A DNA stretch of 64,000 nucleotides from the human T2T-CHM13v2.0 reference genome, Homo sapiens, in NCBI RefSeq assembly GCF_009914755.1, contig NC_060927.1; one strand, given 5' to 3'. A program made the translations under genes and the position numbers. The notes under the pieces are model-generated. The model did no database searches, was not told the DNA's origin, and saw only the letters and a program-made list of their open reading frames with translations. This document shows, piece by piece, positions 46,751 through 62,549 of this stretch (positions are counted from its first letter, which is position 1; the number at the start of each line of letters is the position of its first letter).

Positions 46751-47254
46751 CTTAGAAGAGAGGAGTACAACCTAGTCTGAGGGATCAGCGAAGACATCCT
46801 GGAGGGGGCAATAAATGAGATGAGTACAAGTAGAAAGCAATGATGCTAAGAGGAGGCAATGAACATTCCACATACAGAAATTAGCATGTCAAAGATCCTC
46901 TGTCACAGGACAAAAGAATAAAGAAGAGAGATTTATGTTCTTTGCCTAGAATACAAAGCAAGAGAGAGAAGAAGCTGCAGAGGTAAGCAAGGACCAGATA
47001 AAAAGAAGAGGAACAAGAAAAGCATCTACTCTGGCTCACCATAGTGAGGCACTGCACGGGGCTGGAGTTAAGAGGAAAAACCCTACATACATAGACTTGG
47101 GCCCTACTTAATGCTTTCATAATAATTTATTTACTTATTTGGTTTTAATATCTTAATAAGGAAGGCAAACAAAGAAGAAAGCCAACACTTTCTTGGGTTA
47201 ACCGCATAATTTCTTGGGTTAATGTAGCACTTTTGGTAAAGCTAAAGTATTCAT

Positions 47255-47655
47255 ATAGTACAGGCTAAGCTACTATAACAAAGAGACCCTGAAAATACAA
47301 TGGTTTAATTGAAATAAATCTGTATTTTTTCTTTTTACATAATGGTCTAAAGAGAAGCAGAGAATCTAGGGCAGGTGGATAGTTCTGCTCTATAGAGTTA
47401 CCCAGGGATCCATGATGATGGGTGAGCTCTGCCATTTTTCAAACATGGCTTCCAACGTGGTTGCTCCAGATATTATTATTTCCTCATTTCCTAGTCAACG
47501 AGAATAGGGGAAGGGAGAAAGAGGATCCTACTGGCCCAAACTCAGACACATGAACACAGCTGATTGCAAAGTAAGCTAGGGAAAGTAGTCTCTAACTGTG
47601 CATCTTCCCGCCCAAATAAAACTTGGAGGAATGTTCCATCATTAAAAGGATAAAA
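47255..47655 (-). mobile_element. MLT1-type MaLR LTR
   Basis: ggctaagctactataacaaagagaccc...aatggtttaa...agctgattgcaaagtaagctagggaaagtagtc. Confidence 0.65.
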
Positions 47656-47659
47656 GGTA

Positions 47660-49969
<2,310 letters not shown>

Positions 49970-50213
49970 TGTCTTACATGGCAGGAACAGGAGCAAGAGA
50001 GAGTTGGGTGGGGTAGGGGGTGCAACACACTTTTAAAGAGATAGATCTCTCAAGAACTCACTATCACGAGAACAGGACCAAGGGGCTGGTGCTAACCATT
50101 CATGAGACATCCACCCCCATGATCCAATCGTCTTCCACCAGGTACCACCTCCTACGTCGGGGATTACAATTCCACATGAGATTTGGGTGGGGCCACAGAT
50201 TCAAACCATATCA
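49970..50213 (-). mobile_element. Partial MSTA/MSTB-like MaLR LTR
   Basis: gaactcactatcacgagaaca...catgagatttgggtggggccacagattcaaaccatatca; the other terminus is missing. Confidence 0.85.
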
Positions 50214-50219
50214 CCAGAC

Positions 50220-50492
50220 TAAAGGAATGAGAAGTCATGCTCCACCTTCTTAAGACTGCAGTATCTTCAATTATTTTGAAGTCTTTTGCATGGGAAATTT
50301 GTCTATTCTCCCCAATTTATTTACGTATTTGGTCTTTCATTTGTATCAGTATGGACTCATGGGTATTTTATTCTTTGGGTTATAATTCAATACTATTTTA
50401 TTTACTTTCTTGCTCAAACTGTTGCAGCTTTGGCCATTGAGATCTCTTTCATTAGGCTCCTGTGTTCCTTTGATGTATTCCCATCATTGTGG
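50220..50492 (-). mobile_element. L1MC/MD-like 3' fragment
   Basis: tatcagtatggactcatgggtattt...gttgcagctttggccattg. Confidence 0.65.
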
Positions 50493-50764
50493 CCAAAAAT
50501 AATTATCAAAATATTAAAAACATAATGACGAAATAGATATAGAATATGTATCTAAAGATTTATTTAATTAATAAAGAAACCAGAAGGATGATAGAGTTCA
50601 AAGGAAGACACAAGAAACTGACGCATATATAGTTTCTAAATGGAAAATATAACGCCGAAATAAGATTGCTAAATTAGAAGCAATGCTGGTTAATGTCATA
50701 CACTGCATTAAACCTATAACTTTTGGAGTTAACATCTCTCATGAACAAAATCATTTGCATCTTT

Positions 50765-51548
50765 GGTTAAGCAGAATAACTGCTCCCAAAAGATAGCCAT
50801 GTCTTGGCCGGTTGCAGTGGCTCATACTTGTGCTTTGTGAGGGTGACGCAGGAGGAACATTGGGGCTAGGAGTTCAAGACCAGCCTGGGCAACAAAGAGA
50901 GACTCCATCTCTACAAAAAATTAAAAAATTAGCCAGGTGTGGTGGTGCATGCCTGTAGTCCCAACTACTCAGGAGGCTGAGGCAGGAAGATTGCTTCAAC
51001 CCAGGGGTTTGAGGCTGTGGTGAGCAATGATGGCATTACTGCACTCTACTGTGGGCAACACAGCAAGACCCTATCTCTAAAATAATAATAATAATAAATA
51101 TTTCCATGCCTTAATTCTGGAAACTGCAGATATATCATTTACATGACAAAAGAGGTTTTGTTGCAGATGTGATGAAGTTAAGGATCTTAAGACGGGGATG
51201 TTATTTAGGTGAGCCCAATGTAATAATAAGAATCCTAATAAGAGAAAGGAGGAAAGAGGGTCAAAGTCAAAAAGAGATTGGAAGATGTTATACTGCAACT
51301 TTGAAAATGGAGAAAGGAGCCCAAAGCCAAGGAATATAGGCAGCTCCCAGAAAGTAGAAAACACAAAGGAACAGGTTTTCCCCCTGGAACTTCCACAAGG
51401 AATGCAACCCTGCCAACATCTTGATTTTAGCCCGGTGAAACCTGGCAAGGACTTCTGAGCTACAGAGCTATAATGCAATAAATTTGCGCTTGTATTAAAC
51501 CATTAAACTTGTGGTAATTTGTCATGGTAGCAATAGGAAATTAATACA
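50765..51548 (+). mobile_element. MLT1C/D-like MaLR LTR interrupted by an AluJ (50806-~51100, (AAT)n tail)
   Basis: gcagaataactgctcccaaaagat...ttgcagatgtgatgaagttaaggatctt...gtagcaataggaaattaataca. Confidence 0.85.
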
Positions 51549-51837
51549 ATCTCTACCAGAGAGAAGTCATTGGATCTTATCAGTTTTCTATGAGTTAACA
51601 TTTAACACTATAGAATCTGGTCTCTAAGCAATAATTAATCATCAGTGAAACAAAGTTATTATTCCCTAGAGAGCTGGAAAACTGCTGGGTGGGCTTGATG
51701 GAACAGAGCTCTAACAGTGTGTTGAACAGTCATCTTTTTGCTATATTCCCAAATTTTCGATAACCTTTCTTAACATCTCTTTGCTGTGCCCATATTTCTC
51801 TCAGAAGCATTCACATACTTCCATACCTCTCCTCCCT

Positions 51838-52487
51838 CTGGAGGGTAGCATTGTTACTGCACATTAACCCATTATTTGGGGGCCTTTGATAGCTTTGGAC
51901 TCTTTACACATGAGGCCTTTGAAAGGGCAGTATCTTAAGGATGAGATTTAATGGTCAGACAATTTACCTTGCCTTTGGAAAGATTCAGGTCATATCTCTG
52001 ATACTAATGCTACTTTCTGTTAAACATTTTTAAAAAATCCATTGACACCAAAGTTTATACACTAACTGACATTGTTCCTGAAGCCAGAATCTGTAAATGC
52101 ATATTTCTTGTTTTTTCAATAATATGCAATATGTACAACATACTCCCTTCATTCCACTTTTTCCTCTGTGATGGCTCGCCCAAATACCACCCTATGTCAG
52201 ATTGATTTGTTCAGCCCAACAACCTTGTGAAAAAAAGAGCACCAGTCACATAAATAGACATCATAAAGATTAAGAAATAATTGAACAGAGAAAAAAAAAT
52301 TTTAACTGAAAGTAGTGTTAGGATCAGAGATATAACCCAAATCCTTCCAAAGGGAAGGAAAATTGCCTGACCATTAAGTCTCATCCTTAAGATATTGACC
52401 TTTCAAAGGCTTCATGTGTAAGCAGTCCAAAACTATCAAAGGCCCCCAAATAACGGATTAATGCACAGTGACAATGCTACCCTCCAG
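51838..52487. repeat. 187-bp inverted repeat (51838-52024 and 52301-52487) with a 276-bp spacer
   Basis: Ungapped hand alignment, 164/187 identical. Confidence 0.95.
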
Positions 52488-52709
52488 GGACATGCTGTGA
52501 AAAGAACCGGGCTTCCTGACTCCAATCTTCTGCTTTCAAATCCACCCTGCATGCCCCACCCAGCCTCTTCTTCAGAAAACACTTTTCCAGCTCACAACAT
52601 CCTTGAGCCTCCTTACTGCCTTCAGCTCAAGTGTGGAACCTCAAATGTCTCTGTTACCTATCTGGCTCCATTCCTGCTGCACATGGTATAAGAAACCCCT
52701 GCTGGCCTA

Positions 52710-52900
52710 GTGCAGTCGTTTTCATACTTAAGTGTCCATGAACATCACCCGGAGTGTTTGCAAAAACAGCTTGCTAGGCTGCACCACAGAGTTTCTGATT
52801 CTGTAGAGAGTAAAACTCAAGAATCTGCATTTCTAACAAGTCCCCAAGAGATGCTGCTGCTGCTGCTGCTGGTTTAGACGTCATACTTTGAGAACCACAG
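52710..52900. mobile_element. MER5A-like hAT relic
   Basis: caagaatctgcatttctaacaagtcccc...actttgagaaccac. Confidence 0.8.
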
Positions 52901-53766
52901 GAATCTGAGCTCTGGGCTACTCCTTTTTTAAGCGAACTTAGAATAATTAAAAAGTGACCCCTAGCAAATAGGAGACTTTTGGGGTGATAAAGATATTCTT
53001 TATCTTGACTGGTGCAGAGATTACAATGTGTATGCCTTTGTCAATTTCATCAAATTATATACTTAAAGTAGGTATACTTTACTGTATATGAATAATGCTT
53101 TAATAAAAATGATCTTAAATTTTTTAAAATAAAGAAACAATGTATTCTTATACATTGGACATAGCTGATCAATCATCATTCAGTGATGACTTACCGAGTC
53201 CCTTCTTCCCTTCTTAATGTAAAGCTAAGTTCTGGGAATATAAAGGTGGCTAAGATGCTAAGCTTGTCTGGAAATGTCTCCCATTCTGATGGTGAATACT
53301 GAGAAGTATACTGCCAATTATAATATTACATAGTAAATGTTAGAATAGAGAAAAGGCAAGACCATATAGAATTTGGCACTAGAAATGACAGTATTCTATT
53401 TCTACTATCCTTTTCTTAAGGAACTCTGTGGTCCACATTGTAGCAGAGAATGTAACACCTGGTGTTATCTACCCTTCCAACCCCTGGGCCACAGCTGGCT
53501 GGAGCAAAGATTGACCCCTGACCAAGCTAGACCAACCCAACATGTTTGGAACAAGGATTTTGAAGGTGAGCCAGTTAGAGTTAGCTGTGGGGAGCTATAA
53601 TGTTTAGGACTGAGCCCTGTGCAAGCCAAGGAAGGTAGGCTGAAGAGACTAGCAGGGAAACAAGACCAGCCCCCTGCAGATCTAGGGCAATTCCTGATAA
53701 GGTTCTGGTTCCTCTGAGACCTGGATGGACTCTTTGCAAAGAGTGCTGGGAGATTCTTCTGGGGGC

Positions 53767-53950
53767 AGTGGTTCTCAAATACAAACGTGCAGAAGCAACA
53801 TCCAGGCAGCTTGTTTCTGTGTTGACACCTCAGATTCCCCTCTGAAGAATCTGTTGAGAAGGTGTGGGCATGGCACAAGAATGGGGATGTTTAACAGGCA
53901 CCCCAGTGATCATGATGGAAGTCTGTGGGTTATATTCTGAGAAACAGTAT
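53767..53950. mobile_element. MER5-like hAT relic
   Basis: cagtggttctcaaa...tttaacaggcaccccagtgat...tctgagaaaca. Confidence 0.7.
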
Positions 53951-54481
53951 CCTCCATTTCTTTGTTTGTTTTTAACTTCAGCCCCTTTGAGTGGGTGTCT
54001 GGTTCTTAGAATCAAAAAGTATTAATCAAGGCAGTGCATATTACCAAGGTTTGGGAAGTAAAGGCAAGCCATTAGACAAAGTGATATGTGGGTCCTCAGG
54101 GATGAGTGGGAATTAGCCAAGTGGAGTGTGAATGTGTGCATGGCTGGGGAGAGCAGGGGAAAGCTAGGTTGTGCAAAGGACCTCTGTCAAGAGGGAGTCT
54201 GGTATATCTAAGGATCCAAAATTCAATATGAATAGAGCAGCAGCATCTGTGTGTGTGTGGCGGGAGCTGGTAGGTGGGTAGAGAGAGAACACTGACCAAT
54301 AACCAGGAATCCCCCTGTTGGAAAGCAGTCATCCTCTTACTTCTTCCCATGGGCAATACTCTATTCCTCCTCATGCCTCAGGGAGCCTGCTGGCTTTTTG
54401 GCTGCTATCTTCTATTTTCTCTACCTAGACCCTTTCCCTCTCTGGTTAGCTTCCCTAATGTTTCTAGAATCAAAACCCCAC

Positions 54482-54852
54482 ATTTTAATTTTTATTTGTT
54501 TTTATTTCCATAGGTTTTGGGGAGGAACAGTTGGTAGTTGGTTACATGAGTAAGTTCTTTAGTGGTATTTGTGGGATTTTGGTGCACCCATCACCCGAGC
54601 AGTGTACACTGAAACCAATTTGTAGTCTTTTATCCCTCACCCCCTCCCATCTTTTCCCGAGTCCCCAAAGTCTACCGTATAATTCTTATGCCTTTGCATC
54701 CTCATAGCTTAGCTCCCATTTATGAGTGAGAACATACGATGTTTGGTTTTCCATTCCTGAGTTACTTCACTTAGAATAATAGTCTCCAATTTTGTCCAGG
54801 TTGCTGAGAATGCCATTAATTCATTCCTTTTTGTGGCTGAGTAGTATTCCAT
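54482..54852 (-). mobile_element. L1PA16/L1PB-like 3' end
   Basis: ttggttacatgagtaagttctttagtgg...gagtgagaacatacgatgtttgg...ggctgagtagtattccat. Confidence 0.9.
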
Positions 54853-55298
54853 ATATATATATATATATATATATATATTCCATCATATATATATATTCCA
54901 TCCATATATATATATGATGGAATATATATATATGATGGAATATATATATATAAAATGGACTATATATATATGATGGAATATATATATGATGGAATATATA
55001 TATGATGGAATATATATATATGATGGAATATATATATGATGGAATATATATATGATGGAATATATATATATGATGGAATATATATATGATGGAATATATA
55101 TATATGATGGAATATATATATATGATGGAATATATATATATGATGGAATATATATATATGATGGAATATATATATATGATGGAATATATATATATGATGG
55201 AATATATATATGATGGAATATATATATATGATGGAATATATATATATGATGGAATATATATATATTTTTTCTGTGATATATATATATATCACAGAAAA
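54851..55298. repeat. Compound AT-rich VNTR, GATGGA(AT)n units of 16-24 bp
   Basis: ~18 units GATGGA-(AT)5-9, preceded by inverted units and (AT)n. Confidence 0.97.
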
Positions 55299-56269
55299 GA
55301 GATTTGGGGTGTATACCAGATACCTCTTGGGCTGCACCCTGCAACCTCTCTTCTGGGCTACTCCCTGCCTCAGCTATACCACAGGTCTCTCTCTTTCTAT
55401 CCTGGGGCTTGGCATGGGATGGCTGCTGGAAGCCACTCAGTGTGAGGGAGCTAACACCCAAGAAGAAACCCTTGGCCAAAAGGGGACAAGAGCCCATGGA
55501 AAAATATTCTTTTTTTCTTCCTGGTGGGTAGAAAATTCTAAGGTGCATTTTACATAGCATCTCAAAGCATCCTCAGTGGGACTGAGGTCTGGTGGCCACT
55601 TCCCAATCCTTGCTCCTGCTCCTTGAGATCTCTTCCCAGAATAAACCACAGGCACCCAAGCTCTTAGACAAGCTGACATCAATAATGACCAAAGGGAAGG
55701 ATTAAGGTCATCAGAATATTAGAAAGGCTTATTTATCTACCCTGGTCTACTTGAAAATGCATATGGGCTTGTTCAGGTCTCTAGTACTCTAAATTTTTCA
55801 CTTTGCTCTAGATATTCCCATGAGAATAACCTCAGTTCTGTCTGGAGTGAGTTTGGATTTTATTCTGGGAATTAGCACTTCCAATCCTATCTGGATCTTA
55901 TGGGGAGTTTCTCTGCATGTAGCTTGATGGAGTCACTACTGGCTTTCTGTGCCTCTTACCTAATCCTCTCAGGGACAGTGAGGAGGGACCCCAGATGGTC
56001 CCCCACCCTGCATCAGGGCTGCTGTCCCTCCCACACAGCAGATGTGCACCCACTATGGGGGTCTGGCCAGGCCCTACGACTGAGGAAGGTACTTTGACTT
56101 CTGCCTCTGAGGAAATCTTCAGTGAGTCTCACAACAAAATTAACTTCTTGGCAGTCTCTTCTATTGGTCTTTGTGTTAGTTTCTCTGGTCCTCAGAAGTC
56201 CTGGCCTCTTTCCTCAGTCTGTATCTCTCTTTCTTAATTGATTTCTCCCCAAGCATGTTTTTCCTAGAT

Positions 56270-56850
56270 CAAGCCACCATCATCACCTGACTGAGGCATG
56301 GTTGCAGCTTTCTAGCTAACTTACTAATTGCATTCATCATTTCCTAACTTAGTAAATATCCCATGTGACTTTTATTTTAAAGTGTGAGTCAAATCATGTC
56401 CCCTCTCTGCTTAAGAAACTCCATTAACTTCCCATTGTACTTAGAACAAAATACAAATGCTCAACCATGGCCTACAAGGCCATCTTTGATTTAATCTTGC
56501 CTCACTACTCCCTCCCCTACTCAATATGTTCCAGCCACACAGGCCCATTCTCTACTCATAAAATCTACCAAGCATGTTCCTACCTCTGGGCCTCTGCACT
56601 CACCATACCCTCTTCCTAGGAATACCCACCCCGCAGACATTCCCATGGCGGGGTCTTTCTCAGCTTTCTGTCTCAGCTGAAATGTCGCTCCAAAGACAAA
56701 CTTTCCACAACAGCTAATCCAAAGTAACACTACCTCCCCACGTTGCACCCTCTTGCTCAATCACCTGTTTTTTATGGTCCTCATGGTCACACACAATTCA
56801 TGTTACATAGCAGACATTCGATGTTTCCTGAATGAATAAATCAATGAATG
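56270..56850 (+). mobile_element. L2 3' region
   Basis: ttcccattgtacttagaacaaaatacaaatgctcaaccatggcctacaaggcc...tgaatgaataaatcaatgaatg. Confidence 0.85.
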
Positions 56851-59311
56851 CACCCTTTAGCAAGTTGTGAAGGCCACACATGTTTATGGGTGCTTTAACT
56901 ACTTTGCTTTTTATTCTAAGACATGTTCTGACTCAGATTCTTCGGATACAGTAAGGCCTTAGGGTCAAAGACTGCCATTTTAGACATCTACCCATATACT
57001 ATCTAGTAAGTCATGCTACTGTCCACAAAACCACCTCCCATATCTCAGTGGGCTAGCACATCAAAGGTTGCTTTCTCATCGTTTCCAGATCTGATGCAGG
57101 TCAGCTTGAGGGAGGAGAGAAATTTTGATTCATAACTTTTTTTCTAGTGAGTCAGCCAAGCCTGGGGGTCTTAGAATCAGGCCCTAGATCTTCTCTATCC
57201 AGAAGTCAGATGAGGGCAAAAAGTCAGGAAAGTAGTGAGTTATTATGGGCAAGCAGTTACTATGGGCAAGGCATAGAAAAAACATTTAACACTTCTATCC
57301 ACATCATATTGGTCAGAACGCAGCCTCCTCCTCCCCCATACTCCAGCAAGAGAGGCTGAGCAATGTAATCTGTGTGCCACCCAGGAAGCAAAGAAGTGGA
57401 GTTTGGTGAGTATTGGGCCATGTGATAGCCTATTCCATCAGGCTTCAGATGACATTATTTGTCATCTGAAACTGGGGTCCGTCTTGCCAGTCAAGTATGC
57501 ATGTCCAAGCTAAAGCACCACTGGAGACTTCTGCTGTTGGAAGGATGTAATCATGCAACGGATGCAAAAATAATCCCTTCTCCTGACCTTCTGCACCCCC
57601 ATCTCCAGCCAACACCTCCCATGACAGAACCTAATCAGAAGCCAGCTAATAAGGGAGCCTGGCAAATGTTGCTTACAGACTTTGACCCTGGATCACAGTC
57701 CAGCACATAGCAAGGTGGGCCTGGAGATGAGAACCAATAGCTAAATAACCAGCAGAGTGTCGAGCTTATTAATTCAACAGAGATAATCAAGAGGTTGCAA
57801 ACCCTAGGTTACTCCATAGGTTATTTTTCTAAGGCCTTTTCTAAAGATTCCTCCTCTGAGGGAAAAATTTTCAGGAATCCATTCACATACTCAGAAAAGC
57901 AAAATACAAGAAGTGTTAGTGCATTTAAAAGAAAATTTTCTGACCACCTGGAGAGGCCATATAATAACAAGTGAAAAAAAAAAAAACAACTAGAGAAAAA
58001 TTAAGCACCAAAATGGCAATGGATAGAATGATCATATCGTATGATTATTCTGCTGGGATGCTGGACTCTAGGCATTTGAAAAAGGATGAAGAAATTAATC
58101 CAGCCTCATAAGAGGATGACAGAAGTGGTTAAGTAGTCCTTTAGCACAGGGCTTTAAGCCTTGAAAGCTATTGGAAAGCTCAATGTAAAATAAGGTTAAG
58201 GCCCATTCACACGCATAAAGCTGAAATGGTGGGGAAGGCTGGTGGTAGGGGAGGAGCTTAGGGCAGCACTCAGGTATTGGTGTGGGGTACCATTTCCAGT
58301 GGAAGCGAGACCCTCCCTCTTCTATTCTGACATCATGAGCCCATGCCGTATGGTTTCAAAGTAGCAAATTGGTTGCTGAAGCTCCGGTCATGGTATCTGT
58401 GTTCTAAACAGCAGAAAGAGGAATTGGAAAGGCAAAAGACTATGCCTCCCACCTGAGTCAGCTCCCAACAACAGCCCTTCCTAGAAGTGTCACAGAGCCA
58501 TATTTAGCAGTGTGAGAGGATGGGAAATGTGGTTTTAAGCAGAGCACACTACCACCCTAACTAAGATTGGGGTTCTGTTACCAAGAATGGGAGAAATGGA
58601 TGTCAGGCAGGCAACTAGTAGTTGGCCACAAACACTAAGGATGTGGCTTCCCAGGTGAGCCAGGAAAAAATGCTGACAATGAAGACATTCAGTTCCTCCC
58701 TAAGCAGTTGGTTCCCTTACCTTCACTTGCCACATTTACCACCCTACCCAGGGAATCCCTCTGTGAGGGATCAGAAGGCACCACCCAGCAGAGACTGTCC
58801 ACTTGATCATCAGACATATCCTTTGCCCCAACTAACTGGATTGCATTCTTTACCTAAAATAAGCAAATGCTCACCACCATGGTAGGTATGTATAGGAAGG
58901 AACATATGCTCATTTACCATAGATGACCCCCCACCCTTCCAGAATATAGCAAAACCAATTCTAGGCCTCAGAGATAACAAATGTAAAGTTTCTAATCCTG
59001 CCTGACTTGGTCAGCAACAGCTCAGTATTATGAATAATTAATAATGATACAAATAACAGTAACAGCCATCTTTCACTGATTGTTGACCATGTGCCAATCA
59101 CTGTGCTGAGCATCTTATCCTAGAGGCCCACTTGGGAGTATTAAATGTGGAAATGTATCAGTCTCAGAAGAGGTTTAGATTTGTTTCTTACTCTATGTCA
59201 CCCAGTTGTTAAGTCACAGAGTTAGGATTTAATCCAAATCTTCCTGACTCCAATCTCCAGTGATCTTTCAGTTAACTCCAAATTAACTAAAGCTGTCATG
59301 TGTTGAGGCTT

Positions 59312-59795
59312 TATATCAGTTAGAATGTAGGTGCTTGGTTTTAATAAAGACCAAGGGAGAGTGGTTTAGATTAGTCCTGATTCAAGTCCAAGTCCAAATA
59401 GAAAACAGTCTGGCAGCAGCTGGGGGCTGGGTAATACAGCTCTGCTCCACACAAAGGTAGGGGAACCCATATCCCTTCCATATTGATGCTCTGCCATCCT
59501 ATGGTTAAAGATGGCTCTCCACACCTCCTTAATCTAGCTCAAGGGAAGGAAGGAAGAACAAGTAGAAGGTGTTTCCTTTAAATGGGAATAACTCAGAAGT
59601 GGCACACACTTCCTCTCACAGTCCTTTAGGCAGAGCTTGGTCACATGGCCACACCAGTGATAAAGAAGGCTAGGAAATGTCGCCCCTACCTTGACAGCCA
59701 CATGCCCAGACAAAACTAAAAGGTGTGGGTTATTCCTAAAAGTGGGAGAGGAAATGGATTTGGGGGACAAAAAGCAGTCTCTGCCACACTTGCAG
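59312..59795 (-). mobile_element. MLT1-type MaLR LTR (similar remnants at ~57000-57430 and ~58300-58630)
   Basis: cagaagtggcacacacttcctctcac...ggtcacatggccacacc...ctaggaaatgt...agtctctgccaca. Confidence 0.65.
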
Positions 59796-60502
59796 ATTGC
59801 ATCACAGGAAGAGAAACTGGACTCTTTGGTTCAGAGGAAGAGCTGGGCACTGCCCAACCAAGACCACACAAAATGGGGAACTCTGCTAATGGAGAGCAGG
59901 CAGAATGGAAGTGGGACAGCCCAAAACTGCAACTGGGGCAGTGTTCAGTAATCATATACTAGAAGAAAAAGTGACCATGAGAGCTGAAAGGAAAACAAGC
60001 TGTTATTGTCATAAGAAAAATAAAACAAAAGTTCTTGCTAATCCTGCCACCCAAGTTATACATTTATCCTCCTGGCTCTTGGCCATGATGGAGCTCACAG
60101 TCTTTTTTCAGACTCCCCTTTCTCAGAGCACACAGGATGGGTAGATGTTGGGTTTTTGGACAGCAGGAGGAGGTGGCTGGGTCTTTGTGCTGAAAATACC
60201 CACTCTGGCTCCTCCCTCTGGACCCAGATCCCAAGGTGGTAGATGTTTTGATGGTACCTCAGAGGGATGGAGTCACTGTTGAAAAGCACTGCAGGAAACA
60301 GGCCAAAGTGGTGGGCTGGGCAGGCCCGGCATTATCAGAAGTTCATAATCAACACATGCAGATCCACTGTATGTAGGCTTTGAGGATTCACAAAGGCCCA
60401 GGCTAAGCCCTCAAAAGTCTTCTTGCTGTTATTTGCACACTTATAGTAGATTCTTTATAAATGGTAGCCTGAAGCCTGCCACTGTACATATTGTCTCTAA
60501 TC

Positions 60503-60811
60503 TTTTTTTTTCTTTTCCTTTTGAGACCGAGCCTCATTCTTTCACCCAGTCTGGAGTGCAGTGGCACAATCACGGCTCACTGCAGCCTCAACCTCCCTGG
60601 GCTCTGGTGATCCTCCCACATCAGCCTCCTGAGTAGCTGGGACTACAGATGTGTGCCACCATGCCTGGCTAAGTTTTGTATTTTTTTTTTTTGTAGAGAT
60701 GGGGTTTTGCCATGTTGCCCAGGCTAGTGTCAAACTTCTGGGCTCAATCAATCTGCCTGTCTTGGCCTCTCAAAGTGCTAGGATTACAGGTGTGAGCCAC
60801 CATGCTCGGCC
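60503..60811 (-). mobile_element. AluJ-like SINE
   Basis: Reverse dimer; degenerate TSD tgt(c/t)tctaat(t)ctt. Confidence 0.92.
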
Positions 60812-60829
60812 TGTTTCTAATTCTTAAAA

Positions 60830-61322
60830 CCACCATAGCAGGTGCTTTCGGCATCCCTCCCACTCCTTTGTCCTTACCATTTCAGAGCACAGTGGCTTGC
60901 TTCCAACTGCCAGCACCTGAATTTCTCTGCTGAGGACTTTCTTGTGCTGCTAGAGTCCTACTTTGCCAAGCACGGGATACAACATATGCACCTACAAATT
61001 ATTAGAACACTCCACCTCCCAGAAGTAGCCCTCAGTTAACTACTCTCAGGAATTGGTGTATAAATACCTTGGCTCCCTCGGATTTTTCCTCAGATGGGAA
61101 AATTCAGAGGTACATGCACTCCACTGGTTCCCAGAGCCTCCCCAGTGTGAACAAGCTCTAATAGCTTACAGTGGTAGTTGAATTGATAACACACTTTTTC
61201 AGGGGCTGCCTCCCATTCCCTGTCTCATTTCCTGACTGCCTGACTGATGTTTCCCAGGCTTCCTAAATAAACTACTTGTAGTCTATCTCAGGATCTGCTT
61301 CTGGACGAACTTGAATAAGACA
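60830..61322 (+). mobile_element. ERVL-type LTR (LTR16/LTR33-like)
   Basis: ctaaataaactacttg...ctcaggatctgcttctgg...aataagaca 3' end. Confidence 0.55.
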
Positions 61323-61369
61323 CCGCTGTGGAGTAAGTTATGAGCCCCACACGGAGGCAACAGGCTGGC

Positions 61370-61740
61370 ACCATAAAAATCGCATTGGCTCTGCAGTCAG
61401 AATGACCCAGATTTGAATTCCGGCTTCATCACTTACCAGCTGTGTGGGGCCGAGAAAATTGTTAGGCTCCGGTGCCTCCATTTTCTGGTCTATTAAATGA
61501 GGCCAATTATACCTACCTTGCAGGACTGGACAGCTTTAAATAAAACAATTCCTCTGATTTCCCTAACACTGTCCCGAGAACATAACAGGCACTCAACAGG
61601 AGTTAGCTTTCTTCCCTCCTGTCTCCATTTTACAAATAAGGAAACTGAAACTCAGGAAGGTTTCCTGACTTGCACAAGGTTAAAAAGGTGGTTAAGTGAC
61701 AGATCTTGGATTCAAACACAAATATCTTCCTGGTTCCAAA
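61370..61740. mobile_element. Two adjacent MIR fragments in opposite orientation
   Basis: agatttgaattccggcttcatcacttaccagctgtgtg (+) then cattttacaaataaggaaactgaaactcag (-). Confidence 0.7.
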
Positions 61741-62549
61741 TCTACTTAAAACTTTTCCACTGCGCCTCCCATATCCACTTCAGGGCCTAAATTTCCTGAC
61801 TTGATACATGAAACCATTTTAAACTTCAAATTCCCAGGTCTTTCTTTCCTACTGTGCTCTGCAGATACCACATCTGGCTTCTGATCCTCAGAGATTCCCA
61901 CATTCTGGTGCCATTCACACCCTTTGCTATTTGTGTCCTCCGTCCTGGGGCATGGGTCTCTCTCTCTCCCCCATTCAGCTGTGACACACACTTTTAATTT
62001 GGGGGTAAAGATTTTCACAAGTTCATCTCTGGGTAAAATACAACATCACTAAAAATAGATGAAAATGCAGGAAAAAAAGGATTACAGGGAACTCAGGGAC
62101 AAATAAATGTACATTTGAACGTTTTACTCTTAGACAAAGGTGAGGAGTCCTTTCCTGGTTCCCCTTTGAAGAGAACACCCAGAGCCCTTCCGGGGTGGAG
62201 CGCAAACCTGCCAAGCACCTGCTGCTTCTTGGTGAGTGAGTGGAGGTCCCGAAAAGGAGGAAATACCCAGTGTTTCCAAATTAAGTCCCTCAACAAATAG
62301 TGCTGTTACCCAACAGTCCAGCCAAAAGCAAAGCAGAGGCAAAGACCAAAAGGAAAACCAAAGTCATTCTGTTCAACTTACTCAGATTTTTGCAGTTAGA
62401 AATCTAGAAAGAAGCTATTTTTATTTCCACCTTTATATTTGGGATATTTTTAAAATACAATGCTATTTTGAAATATGTTTATATTGCAGGAGCATAATCT
62501 TTCAGAGGTTGAACTTTGAAAGGTCCCATGTGTGACCTCACCTACAGTA

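Noticed and set aside
54883-55560. 225-aa and related ORFs with IYIPSY/MMEYIY repeats
   Set aside because: Translations of the AT-rich VNTR
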